This document shows positions 11,058 to 24,065 of a DNA stretch of 64,000 bases, in pieces. The notes under the pieces are model-generated. The model saw only the letters and a program-made list of their open reading frames with translations, was not told the origin of the DNA and did no database searches. This DNA is from Macrostomum lignano (taxonomy: Eukaryota). The stretch covers positions 62,001 through 126,000 of the forward strand of contig NIVC01001141.1 in the NCBI GenBank assembly GCA_002269645.1. Direction: 5' to 3'. The stretch's first letter is position 1; every line of letters begins with the position of its first letter. The position numbers were made by a program, and so were the translations under genes.

Positions 11058-14000
11058 ATGGATGACGTCATTGATCCGCTGAGGTTGAAGCGCTGCAGCC
11101 TACCAGCCTCCTGCCAGGGCGACCCAATTGTAGTAAGAAGGCTGGACGATGTACCGCATTTCCTGCAGCACAATGCCTATCTGAGAAATGGCTACACGAG
11201 CTACCTGACTGCCTTCCAGTGCCTCAAGAGGTGAGTTGCCTGCCACAACTCAAATTTATGAAATAATTTTCGGAGACCTGGTTTCGCTTTGAGACGGGGC
11301 AATAGCTAGGGATTTTTATCATCGTGTGAACTTCCAATATACATATTAAGTTGCTGTCTGATTGGAGGCTGATAAGTTTAGAATTCTGAAGATAAATCGG
11401 AATGAAACTGAAGTACTGAGAGTTTCTACACGAATTATTTGACTGCATTCCATCTGCAAATGGGGGTTCCATGGACAACTTTCGAACTGGAGCAGTTAGT
11501 CGAGAAAATCCGTTTAGAAAGAAGCACATTGGAGAGGTAGGCCAGTTTGTCAGTCTGCAGTAGTAATCTTTCCGAAATGACAGTCGGTAAGCTTGTGAAA
11601 CCGCATCGGGCCAAACGCATAAATGGCTTAGAATTGATTTAAAACGGCTTTAAAATGATCTTAGAAAGTTGTTGGGAAGTATATTCTTTTGTGCTAACAA
11701 CTGAAGCATTCCTATTTCGCCAGTACACTTTGGAGTTCCCTGATTCGATTTCGCTGCACGTCCAAATTAATTTTGGAGTTGGCGCAGCAATGCTGGCCAG
11801 GAGGTGGGCGATTTGTTTTACTCATGACGTCCAACCGCCGAGATGCAGCGTGTGCGCTGAGCCGTCGTCTGCTCAGGGGTTGGCGAAATGGGCTGATGGT
11901 CGCCAGTGTTTATTCTGAATTGCATGCATTTTCGCCTACTTGCACCATTGCCAGCATGTTCCTGTGGACCAATGAGACAGTCAACATCTGGTCACATCTG
12001 CTGGCATTCTTTCTATTCTTTGTGCTCATGCTGATGGATCTCTGCGAGCCTGTCTGGCTTCGGGGTGAGCAGCGCAGCGACAGAGTCGTAACGGCCGCTT
12101 CCCTGCTCTGCTTTCAGGTGAGCCTGGGGAGCCTCCTGGGTTGGCGCTGGCACTGAATTGGTGAAATTTAGCTGTTTCTATCTGCAATGGGGTGTAGCCT
12201 AGTGGTTAGAGCATTTGACTCACGACTTGAAGATCGAGGGTTCGATTCCCGATCGTACTGGAACAATTTGTGCAATTGAGCTAGACACTTACAGATAACT
12301 CTGCATTGCTTCAGTCCACTCAGCTGTAAAATGGGTACCAGAATTAGCTGGGGCAATTGAGCGTGTGTGGCGGACCCCCCCCCCAGTCTTTGGATTGAGC
12401 AGCCGTACGCAGCCTTCAGATGCGCCGTGCAATAGCTGCGGCTGAGCTGTCGGTTGCACATCTGACCCAACTGGGCAGGTGTAATCCATTTTTATTGTCT
12501 ATCTGCGCTTCTCAATGCACTTCTTATCAGCTGATTTTCCCCATATACGACCGCCAACAGCTGAAAGACATGCATAAAACTGAGCTCATGTTTGAGTAAG
12601 AATCTCTCTTGCCTCCTCGCCCCTCCCCTCCTACATCGCTGGACTCCGGATATCGAGCCCTTATTGATTGGCAATTAGCAGGCGACGCCTCAGACACATC
12701 AAGTCAATCCGCACATAAGATACTCCCTATTAGACCACATGTTCAAGCCTACGGCTAGTCGGCCCTTCAACCCAGTCTCAGATTTGGCAACACTGTTGGG
12801 TAAACTTCAACCTGACTTTGTTCGACCTGACTTTGCTTTGTCAACTTGTCCAACTTGTCAACTTTATCGTCGCTGAAAGCATTGTCGAACCCAATAGAAA
12901 GGAAGGACCAAAATCAGAACAGATTATTAAAGCATTTCATTCACAATGCCTCACTGCGCCCCGCCCCTCAGGCGTGCATGCTGCTCTCGGCCGGCTACCA
13001 CACGTTTCGCTGCCACTCCCAGCGGGCGTTCAAGCGCTGGCTGGCGCTGGACCAGGCCGGCATCTGCGTTGGCATCGTCGGCTGCTACTTGCCCGCGGTG
13101 CACTTCGGATTCCGCTGCCATCCGGTAAGATGCACCGGCAGTCTTTGCAGGCTCAAAAATTTCACATCCTCGAAGGCAGTGAATTTGATGCGATCAAAAC
13201 TTCACAAGCTAGAAATTTCACATCGCCAAAAGCAAAAATTGCGGTCGAATCCAGAAGCTATAAATTTTACATAGTCAAAATCGTTAAAATTTTCATCAAG
13301 CAGCATTTTTAGACGATGCAAATACTTTCGAGCTTATAAAATGCTCCCACCATCACCCCCTTAGCTTCAAAAGCAGTTCAATGGGCCGTTTTATATCTGA
13401 TATGCAAGTGTTCACTAAACAACTGATTGCCCTCTCTGCTGCAGTACTGGCGCCAGGTGTACATGTGCATCTGCTGCAGCCTTTGCGCTGCCGTGCTGTA
13501 CTTTTCGCTGCGCCTGCGCACATCGTCCAGGGCCTTCCGTCGCATTGTGCTGCCCATGTACTGCTGTCTGGTGGGCTACGGCCTTCTGCCCACCCTGCAC
13601 TGGGTCCACCTCTGCGGCGGCATCTCTTCGCCTCTTGTTTCGGTAAGCTGGGTATTGCTTTGCCGCAGGTATGCGGTGAGTATGAAGGGGCAGAGCAGCT
13701 TCAGGGGAATTCCTGATTCGATTCCGTGAAAGGCCACATTAATTTGGAGCTTGTGTTCGAAAATTGGCCGGGGTTGTCGTGCGATTTAAATAAAAGCCAA
13801 CCTTGTGAATGAGGGCTTGCCATGAAGGCCAACCCCAAGTCACAGAGTGTACATTCCCAGCGATTAGAAAGTCAATGAGGGCTTGCCATGAGGGCCAACC
13901 CCCAAGGCACAGAGTGTACATTCCCAGCGATTAGAAAGCCAATGAGGGCTTGCCATGAAGGCCAACCCCCAAGGCACAGAGTGTACATTCCCAGCGATTA

Positions 14001-17000
14001 GAAAATCAATGAGGGCTTGCCATGAGGGCCAACCCCCAAGGCACAGAGTGTACATTCCCAGCGATTAGAAAATCAATGAGGGCTTGCCATGAAGGCCAAC
14101 CCCCAAGGCACAGAGTGTACATTCCCAGCGATTAGAAAATCAATGAGGGCTTGCCATGAGGGCCAACCCCCAAGGCACAGAGTGTACATTCCCAGCGATT
14201 AGAAAATCAATGAGGGCTTGCCATGAGGGCCAACCCCCAAGGCACAGAGTGTACAGTATTGGCGCGCTTGAACAATATCTGTGCTTAGGAGTCAGCAGAA
14301 TCGTCTCAGCGCTGCCTGATGTCACTAAAGGCGTTGCGCCAGGGTGCCCACAGACCTGTAGCCAATTTACTATCCATTATATATGCAGCGAACACAAGCA
14401 GTGAAATTTCCCATTCCAGCACTTTCTTCCCAAAGTGCTTGCGCTTTACGCAATCGGCCTGCTCGGTTTCGGCTTCTATGTCTCGCAGTTTCCAGAGCGC
14501 TGCCTCCCAGGTGAGAATGCGCGATGTTTTCACTATCTTATTTATTGGTGGACTGCTAGCAAAGCCCTTTTGACTAAGGCGATGTCAGGCCCTAATGAAG
14601 CCTGACTCAAAGCTCCCGTCCAAACCGATTATGTTGAGATTTCACGCCGACTTAAAGAAGACACGTTCGCATGAAGTCTATCAGGATAGCACTCGGTGCT
14701 CGAATTTGTCTCGTTCTCAGATAAAGCCTCAGTACATTCAATGGTCTGCACTTTGACCATTCTTGGTTTGCAAGTGTCCCACCCAATTCATTGTGTCTGC
14801 TTTGAACTCTTTCTGAAGCTGCTTCACGATTTTTTGCTATTCTCGGCTTCTAGGGTGGAGTGATGTCTCGGCGCTTCTAGGGTGGAATGATGTCTCGGCG
14901 CTTCTAGGGTGGGATGATGTCTCGGCGCTTCTAGGGTGGGATGATGTCTCGTTGCTTCTAGGGTGGAATGATGTCTCGGTGCTTCAAGGGTGGAATGATG
15001 TCTCGGCGCTTCTAGGGTGGAATGATGTCTCGGCGCTTCTAGGGTGGGATGATGTCTCGGCGCTTCTAGGGTGGGATGATGTCTCGTTGCTTCTAGGGTG
15101 GAATGATGTCTCGGCGCTTCAAGGGTGGGATGATGTCTCGTTGCTTCAAGGGTGGAATGATGTCTCGTTTCTTCAAGGGTGGGATGATGTCTCGGCGCTT
15201 CAAGGGTGGGATGATGTCTCGTTGCTTCAAGGGTGGAATGATGTCTCGTTGCTTCAAGGGTGGGATGATGTCTCGGCGCTTCTATGGTGGGATGATGTCT
15301 CGTTGCTTCTAGGGTGGGATGATGTCTCGGTGCTTCTAGGGTGGGATGATGTCTCGGCGCTTCTAGGGTGGGATGATGTCTCGGCGCTTCTAGGGTGGGA
15401 TGATGTCTCGTTGCTTCTAGGGTGGAATGATGTCTCGTTGCTTCTAGGGTGGAATGATGTCTCGGCGCTTCAAGGGTGGGATGATGTCTCGGGGCTTCAA
15501 GGGTGGAATGATGTCTCGTTTCTTCAAGGGTGGGATGATGTCTCGGCGCTTCAAGGGTGGGATGATGTCTCGTTGCTTCTAGGGTGGAATGATGTCTCGT
15601 TGCTTCTAGGGTGGAATGATGTCTCGGCGCTTCAAGGGTGGGATGATGTCTCGGGGCTTCAAGGGTGGAATGATGTCTCGTTTCTTCAAGGGTGGGATGA
15701 TGTCTCGGCGCTTCAAGGGTGGGATGATGTCTCGTTGCTTCAAGGGTGGAATGATGTCTCGTTGCTTCAAGGGTGGGATGATGTCTCGGCGCTTCAAGGG
15801 TGGGATGATGTCTCGTTGCTTCAAGGGTGGAATGATGTCTCGTTGCTTCAAGGGTGGGATGATGTCTCGGCGCTTCTAGGGTGGAATGATGTCTCGTTGC
15901 TTCTAGGGTGGAATGATGTCTCGTTGCTTCTAGGGTGGAATGATGTCTCGGCGCTTCAAGGGTGGGATGATGTCTCGGGGCTTCAAGGGTGGAATGATGT
16001 CTCGTTTCTTCAAGGGTGGGATGATGTCTCGGCGCTTCAAGGGTGGGATGATGTCTCGTTGCTTCAAGGGTGGAATGATGTCTCGTTGCTTCAAGGGTGG
16101 GATGATGTCTCGGCGCTTCTATGGTGGGATGATGTCTCGTTGCTTCTAGGGTGGGATGATGTCTCGGTGCTTCTAGGGTGGGATGATGTCTCGGCGCTTC
16201 TAGGGTGGGATGATGTCTCGGCGCTTCTAGGGTGGGATGATGTCTCGGCGCTTCTAGGGTGGGATGATGTCTCGGCGCTTCTAGGGTGGAATGATGTCTC
16301 GGCGCTTCTAGGGTGGGATGATGTCTCGTTGCTTCTAGAGTGGAATGATGTCTCGGCGCTTCTAGGGTGGGATGATGTCTCGTTGCTTCTAGGGTGGGAT
16401 GATGTCTCGGCGCTTCTAGGGTGGGATGATGTCTCGGCGCTTCTAGGGTGGGATGATGTCTCAGCAGCATATGAAATTTAGGCGTTGTGAAATTTAGGTC
16501 TTATGAAAGCGTCCCGGTCCCTGTGGTCCATGGTATTTGCTTTAAGCTAGTTATCAAACAATAGTTATCGATAGCTATCCATCAAGTGCTATTAAGATAG
16601 CACTTATTATCTTAATCATCAACTAAAACAAAAATGAGTCTGGTATTCAGAAACTACTATTTAAAATATAAACCTACATAAGATGTACAGCAAAATTATT
16701 CTGCTCGAATTTTGGTCATTTTATAAGTTGCTTTTTTGTCGATCATTGAAAATAAATCAGGCTGTTAAAAGAACATTGTGATACGGTCGTGTACTCCATA
16801 TCTCTATGGTAATAAATTTTGACGGCTTAAATATTGGCCTTTTTGGCAAAAACTCTAGTCAATATTCTTATTATGCCTTCTGTCTCTTCAACCCAAGGCC
16901 GCTTCGACTTCGCTGGCCACAGCCACAACCACTGGCACCTGTGCGTTGTGCTGGGCATGCTGTGGATGCGCCACTGCTGGTCCGACCTGCTGCTGTTCTG

Positions 17001-17064
17001 GTCGCGCCAGACCGAGGCGCTGCTCTGCCACCAGCCGCCACTCCTGGCTGCGGAGCCTCGCTGA
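11058..17064 (+). CDS. PAQR3-like: PAQR3-like copy 2, native 5' end lost; possible new start ATG 11058; exons 11058-11230, 11955-12117, 12972-13124, 13445-13642, 14420-14510, 16898-17064 (314 aa if used)
   Basis: Exons and splice sites match copy 1. ATG GAT GAC GTC ATT GAT CCG CTG AGG TTG AAG reads in frame across the junction. Expression is unknown. Confidence 0.6.
14842..16463. repeat. 27-bp minisatellite, copy 2
   Basis: Offset 8691 from copy 1. The translated repeat ORFs (14824-16470, 14952-16481) are identical to those of copy 1. Confidence 0.97.
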
Positions 17065-18154
17065 GCCACAAGCTTTAATTACTCATCTCAGTATTCACAT
17101 TTTAGTTATTTATTTTACCTGTAAGAATGCCTGAGAGTTATTTAGCTGTTTTATAGAGCATTTTAATGTTATCAGTTATTACTGATAGTTGATTCATTCA
17201 GATGTTCCGCATGTACAGTTTAGCTTCAGACTCCTGCACTATTGCAAGATCAAGCGTACATAATGCTAGCTATAAATTCTGTTTGTCTTTCCTCTATTGT
17301 TCAAGGCGCGCAAGCCTTATTGACTACTAGGCACCAATAAATTAACGACTTAAACTGCTTCCACAGCAACAGCTTGCTGTAACTAATTCGATAAAGGCTT
17401 GTCTTTACGAGGCTTTAGTCGATCCCGCTGGTGCAATGGGCCAAAAAAAAAAGCAAGTTCTATTCATTTTTTATGGTTATCGTTCAGAGCACACACTGCT
17501 CATAAATCTCAGAAAGCTGTGTACACTAAAATACAATACCTGTTTATTACACTCACCGAAAGTACATGCAGCACTTTTACAGTCCACAGTCCGGAGTAAA
17601 AGTGTTCTGCAGTTTACGGACATATACGAGGAGCTCGCTATTAATAATAAATCTGAGACTCGGAAAAACAATAAGACAACTTTAACAACACGATATAAAA
17701 ACAAAGTCTACTGAAAACAAAAGCTACTCAGCTGTTCGACCTCACTATAGTCTTGAAAAAGCTTGCAAAAATTGAAACCGCAGCTGTAACAATTGAGGGT
17801 GTTTTTAGTTTAAGTGCAGACTGCTGAGCGCTAAAGCGCAATGTTTAGAAGCTCTGGTTAAACTCCGATCATACAAAATCGCCTCAATACCACCCAGTTA
17901 TATTCCAATACTGTACTGAGAAACTGTACTGAGGTCCGAATTCCAATTGCCTCAAGCGGAATTGCAGGAACGTTGGTAGCAAAACCCTTCGAATAATTGA
18001 CTGCTTATAAGCGAACTGAATTGCCTCTGCATAAAACTGTCGCAGACCATCCAAGTAGGCAAAGAAACAGACTGAAACAGATCTAAAGTACGCAGTTCAA
18101 CTGCCTTGCATGAAAAATAATGTTAAGCTGCTGCTTTTACCAGCTTAGTTGCGT

Positions 18155-21100
18155 TCAAGTCGCGGTCCCTCCGGCCAGCTCACTGTCTCCCAGCAGCGGC
18201 TCCACAATCTCGGAGTCGCCACCGCTGCCGAGCAACTGCTGGCCGCCGCGGCCGCGACAACGATCCCCGAGCCGGCCGCAGCAGACTGGGAAAATCTCCG
18301 CGCAGGCCAGGACCACCAGGTAGATGATGAAGCAGAAGTACAGCAGGCAGGCCAGGCCTAAAGGCGCCAGAACGTACCACACCTGAGGAAGCTGCTGCAC
18401 GAACACCGCCATGAAGAAGACGTTGATGGCCACCACGGCGGCCGAGAGCAGCGCGGCCAGCAGGCTGATGACAGGGTGGTTGCGGAACTCGCTCATGTAG
18501 CGGCCTGAAGCCGTGAAAGTGAGGATGGGGATGAGGGCGAACGGCAGCTGCTGGGACATGAGTACGTTCAGCAGATCGTTGAGGCCGGTGAGCCGGTTGA
18601 TGTCGGTGAGGGCGGCCAGCAGGACGGTGGGGGCGATGGCCAAGGAGCGAGTGAGCAGCACCCGCTGCCAGCGCTTCCAGCGCAGCTGCAGGAAGCCCTC
18701 CATGACGAACTGGCCCGCGTAGGTGCCGGTCATGGTGGAGGACTGGCCAGCAGCCAGGATGCCCACCGCCCAGATGTACATGCAGGCCAGGCCGAACTGG
18801 CAGCCGAGGAAGACGCCGCCCCGGTAGATGTCCATATCCAGCTTGCTGGAGTTGCCTGAAAATTTACCACAATTGGACATTTGTAAAGCTTCAAGGTTGC
18901 TGAGAAAACTACATATAAGTTTCAAATTAACGCTGAGGCATAGAATTTCAAAAAAGAAACTGTAAACTAGGAATTTCTAGGAGTACTAGGAGTACTTTCT
19001 GAAGAAGACAAGCAGCAGCAGCTTTATACAGTGCGTTATTGTTCGTTCGAGTGGCAGTTAAAGCATTTTTTCTAAAAAAAGACATTCACAAAGGCGGCCT
19101 CCTCACCGCTGAAGATTTCGGCATGCGGATTGTCGTTGGCCACACAGGAGTTGTAGATGGCACTCATGGCCTGCTCGCTGTAACCCTGGGCGAACACGGA
19201 CACCACGAACAGGTTGATGAGAAAGGACACGAACAGAGCGATGGAGGACTCCACGAAGAAGTACTTGTTGGCCTCACGCACCGCCCGCCTGTCTTGCCTG
19301 TTCACATCACGCGACTGCACGAGGGCGCTGTGCAGGTAGATGTTGTGCGGCATGATCACCGCTCCGATGGTGCCCACCGCCTGCAGCAGCTGACGGCCCC
19401 CGCAGCCGCGGCACCCCGGCACCACCAGGCCGCGCAGCACCTGCCGCTGGTCGGGCTGCACCACCACGTACTCGTAGCCGAACGTGACGGCCATGGTGAG
19501 GATAAGAAAGCCGAAAAAGGCCTCTAGGCGGCGCAGGCCGTACTTGTCCAGCAGCAGGAATGTGAAGGTGTCGACAATGGTAATGAGCACGCCGGCCCAC
19601 AGCGGGATCGCCCCGTTGCTCAGCAGGTTGAGGGCGATGGCCGTCCCGATCACCTCTTGCATGTCCGAGCCCACAATAGCCACCTATGGAGGGCAAGTGA
19701 TGGCTGCATGGCATTGCTGCTTTCAGACTGGCACTGACCAGCGACTTTATGGATGACGTCATTGATCCATAGTGAGGTCACAGCACACTGCAAGCACTGC
19801 TCACTGATTGCAGCACTGCTCACTGATTGCAGCACTGCTCACTGATTGCAGCACTGCTCACTGATTGCAGCACTGCTCACTGATTGCAGCACTGCTCACT
19901 GATTGCAGCACTGCTCACTGATTGCAGCACTGCTCACTGATTGCAGCACTGCTCACTGATTGCAGCACTGCTCACTGATTGCAGCACTGCTCACTGATTG
20001 CAGCACTGCTCACTGATTGCAGCACTGCTCACTGATTGCAGCACTGCTCACTGATTGCAGCACTGCTCACTGATTGCAGCACTGCTCACTGATTGCAGCA
20101 CTGCTCACTGATTGCAGCACTGCTCACTGATTGCAGCACTGCTCACTGATTGCAGCACTGCTCACTGATTGCAGCACTGCTCACTGACTGCAGCACTGCT
20201 CACTGACTGCAGCACTGCTCACTGATTGCAGCACTGCTCACTGATTGCAGCACTGCTCACTGATTGCAGCACTGCTCACTGATTGCAGCACTGCTCACTG
20301 ATTGCAGCACTGCTCACTGATTGCAGCACTGCTCACTGATTGCAGCACTGCTCACTGATTGCAGCACTGCTCACTGATTGCAGCACTGCTCACTGATTGC
20401 AGCACTGCTCACTGATTGCAGCACTGCTCACTGATTGCAGCACTGCTCACTGATTGCAGCACTGCTCACTGATTGCAGCACTGCTCACTGATTGCAGCAC
20501 TGCTCACTGATTGCAGCACTGCTCACTGATTGCAGCACTGCTCACTGATTGCAGCACTGCTCACTGATTGCAGCACTGCTCACTGATTGCAGCACTGCTC
20601 ACTGACTGCAGCACTGCTCACTGACTGCAGCACTGCTCACTGATTGCAGCACTGCTCACTGATTGCAGCACTGCTCACTGACTGCAGCACTGCTCACTGC
20701 TGTGCTGCACTGCTCACTGATTGCAGCACTTCTCACTGATTGCAGCACTTCTCACTGATTGCAGCACTGCTCACTGATTGCAGCACTGCTCACTGATTGC
20801 AGCACTGCTCACTGATTGCAGCACTTCTCACTGATTGCAGCACTGCTCACTGATTGCAGCACTTCTCACTGATTGCAGCACTGCTCACTGATTGCAGCAC
20901 TGCTCACTGATTGCAGCACTGCTCACTGATTGCAGCACTGCTCACCTCAACCATGAGCTCACACACAGTACACAAGCACTGCTCACCTCAACCATGAGCT
21001 CACACACAGTACACAAGCATTGCTCACCTCAACCATGAGCTCACACACAGTACACAAGCATTGCTCACCTCAACCATGAGCTCACACACAGTACACAAGC

Positions 21101-21766
21101 ACTGCTCACCTCAACCATGAGCTCACACACAGTACACAAGCACTGCTCACCTCAACCATGAGCTCACACACAGTACACAAGCACTGCTCACCTCAACCAT
21201 GAGCTCACACACAGTACACAAGCACTGCTCACCTCAACCATGAGCTCACACACAGTACACAAGCACTGCTCACCTCAACCATGAGCTCACACACAGTACA
21301 CAAGCACTGCTCACCTCAACCATGAGCTCACACACAGTACACAAGCACTGCTCACCTCAACCATGAGCCAGAGCAGGAAGCGGGGCACAGCTGGGTAAAA
21401 CTCGGCCGCAGCCTCCGCCAGGTTGCAGCCGCTGACCACGCCAAGCCTGGCGGCCAGCCGCTGCATGAGGAGCCCCAAGATGTGCGCCAGCAGCAGCAGC
21501 CACAGCAGGTCGAATCTGGCCAAGGTGCCAGTTTGAAGGTCGCTCTCAATATTCCCAGGATCCAGGTAAGCGATGCTCATGAGGAAGCCCGGTCCCGTGT
21601 ATGCCCACAGCTTGCGCAGGGAGAACACCTCCTGGCCGGGCTGGGGTACCGCGATTTTCTCATCCAGGTAGGTTGACTGCTGCCGCTGCTCCCTGGTCTG
21701 ACTGATGCACTCGGGCTCACTCTGAGAGGAGCCTGAGTCGGCCTGGGTGCCAGTGTTCGGCTGCAT
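18155..21766 (-). CDS. SLC11A2-like (NRAMP/malvolio): NRAMP/SLC11 divalent metal (Mn/Fe) transporter, intact; exons 21766-21356, 19683-19107, 18855-18155 (562 aa)
   Basis: Motifs [25 protein letters not shown]|[28 protein letters not shown] and [22 protein letters not shown] introns with matching phases, 1689 nt total. The first ATG is tentative. Confidence 0.93.
19794..20940. repeat. 19-bp minisatellite, ~60 units, NRAMP intron 1
   Basis: Unit GCTCACTGATTGCAGCACT, period 19. It shares GCACTGCTCAC with the adjacent 41-bp unit. Confidence 0.97.
20935..21367 (-). repeat. 41-bp tandem repeat spanning the NRAMP exon 1 / intron 1 boundary (11 copies of the donor site)
   Basis: CTCACCTCAACCATGAG recurs every 41 bp from 20941 to 21351. 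On the minus strand each unit is CTCATGGTTGAG|gtgagc...tgtgag. Confidence 0.95.
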
Positions 21767-21779
21767 CAATCAATAAGCA

Positions 21780-24065
21780 GTTAAAGCAATGAAATAAAAT
21801 GTAGATGTTGGTATAGCCATTTAAAAAATCAAAGTCAAAAATAGGAGCGGGGAGGTAATAAAAACTTATGCAATAGGCCTTATTCCCATAAACAATTCTT
21901 AGAAAAACTCATTTTTAAGTTTTTAATTTGTTTAAATGTGTGTAATATTGAAATAATTATAAATGTTATGAACACTTAGGGGTCACAAAATCCTAGATGT
22001 TCCCTCAAACCTAGGATCCTGGGATTAGAAAATATCAAATCTGAGATACTAGGATAGGTCGATAGGATTATCCTAGGATTGATATTTTTCCATTATTATC
22101 CTTGTCATTGCATTGTTATAATGTTATTACATACTGTAATAGCACTAGTAGTATGTATATTGTATATGCTGGCTTTTGGTTGTAGAGTTATATGCCTATG
22201 GCATAAGGCCCACTCACAATGTATTACCAATACCACCTAGACATTCATATTTTCATAACAATAAGTTCAAAATCTCAATGTTAAATGATTTAAAAAAGAT
22301 TAAAGACCTTAATACCTCAAGATATTTAACACCATACTAGTTTTGGGCACTGTTAATAAAAATCTTAACTTCTATTAAGGGCAAAAGCATTAAAACATAA
22401 AAATCTTAACTTATTAACTCTTAATTTTGTTAAGTTAACTGAAAGTAGTTAATAGATAAGAGTTAATAAATGTTAATCCATTAAAGTTAACAAAGAAAAT
22501 AAAAAAATCTTGCAGTTTTCTTTTCAAAACAGATTTCATATTGCACTGTCTTTGCTTTTCTATCTTTTTAGCAACTTTTTATCATCTTTATATGTGAGAA
22601 AAACACAGAGGTCATCCAAGCAATTTACAAGCTAAAAAGTAATACATGAAAATTGTATAAACTCATAGGTATATAATACTACTAAAAGTAGGCTAGGCAT
22701 ATTGTAAAAGAAGTAACTTATTTTTTTGGAACTTGAAAGCTGATTAGATATGAGTATAATAATAAAATATGAATAGGAAGGTTGTTGCAGAAGCATTAGC
22801 AAGTGCAGCAGAAAGTTATGAAAGATTAAGAAAGAAATGAATCAAAGCAATCAATGTTTACACACAAGCAATAAATTTCACAATTTTAATTCATAATTAA
22901 AGTTCATTAGTAAGAAGTTATTACATTTGCATGATGATCTTCATAAACAAAGAGATTAATAAATCATTTAGGCCATAGTTAGGATTGTGTATTAGTAAAC
23001 ACTAAATACCATAAAAAATGATGAGACCTCATTTGTATGCTAGGTTTGTGTACCAATACAAAAAATTGTCATTTGACACAATGTATCTGCTATGTCATAT
23101 ATGCCAGGATATATCCTGATATACGCTGAAAAATGGTTAGATCCTTGTTGTATACCAGGATTTCTTGGCATATATGTTGCCTTCCAAACTATGGCATTTA
23201 GGTAAATTTGAATATATTTCTATTGCTATACATATAACTTTTCCTTAGACTTAATCTGTTAATAAGCATAATTATTAAGCATTAAGATTTAATACTTATT
23301 AAGACTGGTACCCAACACTGGACCTTAGAAAGTTGGTAATAGAAAATAAACATGAATATATATGTCATAGTCAGGAAGGTGGCTTTTTTGCTTGAAAATT
23401 CCAGCATGCATTAGCTTTTATAGTTCATTTGGCATGCTCAAATCTTTAAAAATTGCATTTGGCATACTGTATATATAATAAAATTGCATTTGGTATACAA
23501 AAAAGTAGTATAAAAAAGCTATTTAAAAATGCAAGTGTTGTCAGTTTCTATAACAAAAGGTATCAACATTTCAAAGAAAGGTTGTAGTTAGGCCTAAAAG
23601 ATAATAGGAGTACAAATAAAAAAATAATATTAATAAAATGTGATTGTGCTATTTTTAAATTATTTTAGTACTAGGACTTTATGTAACTACAAGTTATTAT
23701 AAAGGAAAAATATGGAATGCATTCTTTATCTGCCCTCAAACATGATGAACCTATAGAAAAAATGGCTTATTAGTTCAAATATTTTTGTCTATTGTTATAT
23801 GTAATGGAAACAATAGCTAGCAACAAAACAATGAAACATTTAATACAAAGAGTAGCATTTTCTAGAAATAGCAGCAATTTTTTCTATTTCTATCTATGAT
23901 TTTTTGCTACTTTTGTAAGTTGTTAAGCTAATTGTTCAGCAATTCAAAGAAATTATCAAGGATATTTATTTACCATATCATATATGTCCTAGTTTCTTTA
24001 TGCATATAAACACCAAAAACAGGTCAAACTAAAAATCTTATATAAACAAAAATAAGGGAATGAAA
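21780..24065. other. AT-rich, strongly CpG-depleted block upstream of NRAMP, probably decayed repeats
   Basis: About 3 CpG seen by eye in ~2.3 kb (21847, 22060, 23124). CCTAGG/CCTGGG motifs at 21990-22080. No ORFs in the track. Confidence 0.7.

Larger units (their letters stand above)
2391..19768. repeat. 8,691-bp tandem segmental duplication (copy 1 2391-11081, copy 2 11082-19768)
   Basis: ORF pairs are offset by 8691-8692 throughout (2533/11224, 6133/14824, 9464/18155, 10381/19072). Differences are only scattered SNPs and 1-bp indels (e.g. 8755-8780 vs 17445-17472). Junction reads TTGATCC-GCT-GAGGT-TGAAGC. Confidence 0.97.

Noticed and set aside
10348-11173. ORFs overlapping NRAMP exons in other frames or strands, including 10616-11173 across the junction
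   Set aside because: They are shadow ORFs of GC-rich coding sequence. The same applies to the short ORFs overlapping Pao pol, FGD and CARMIL.
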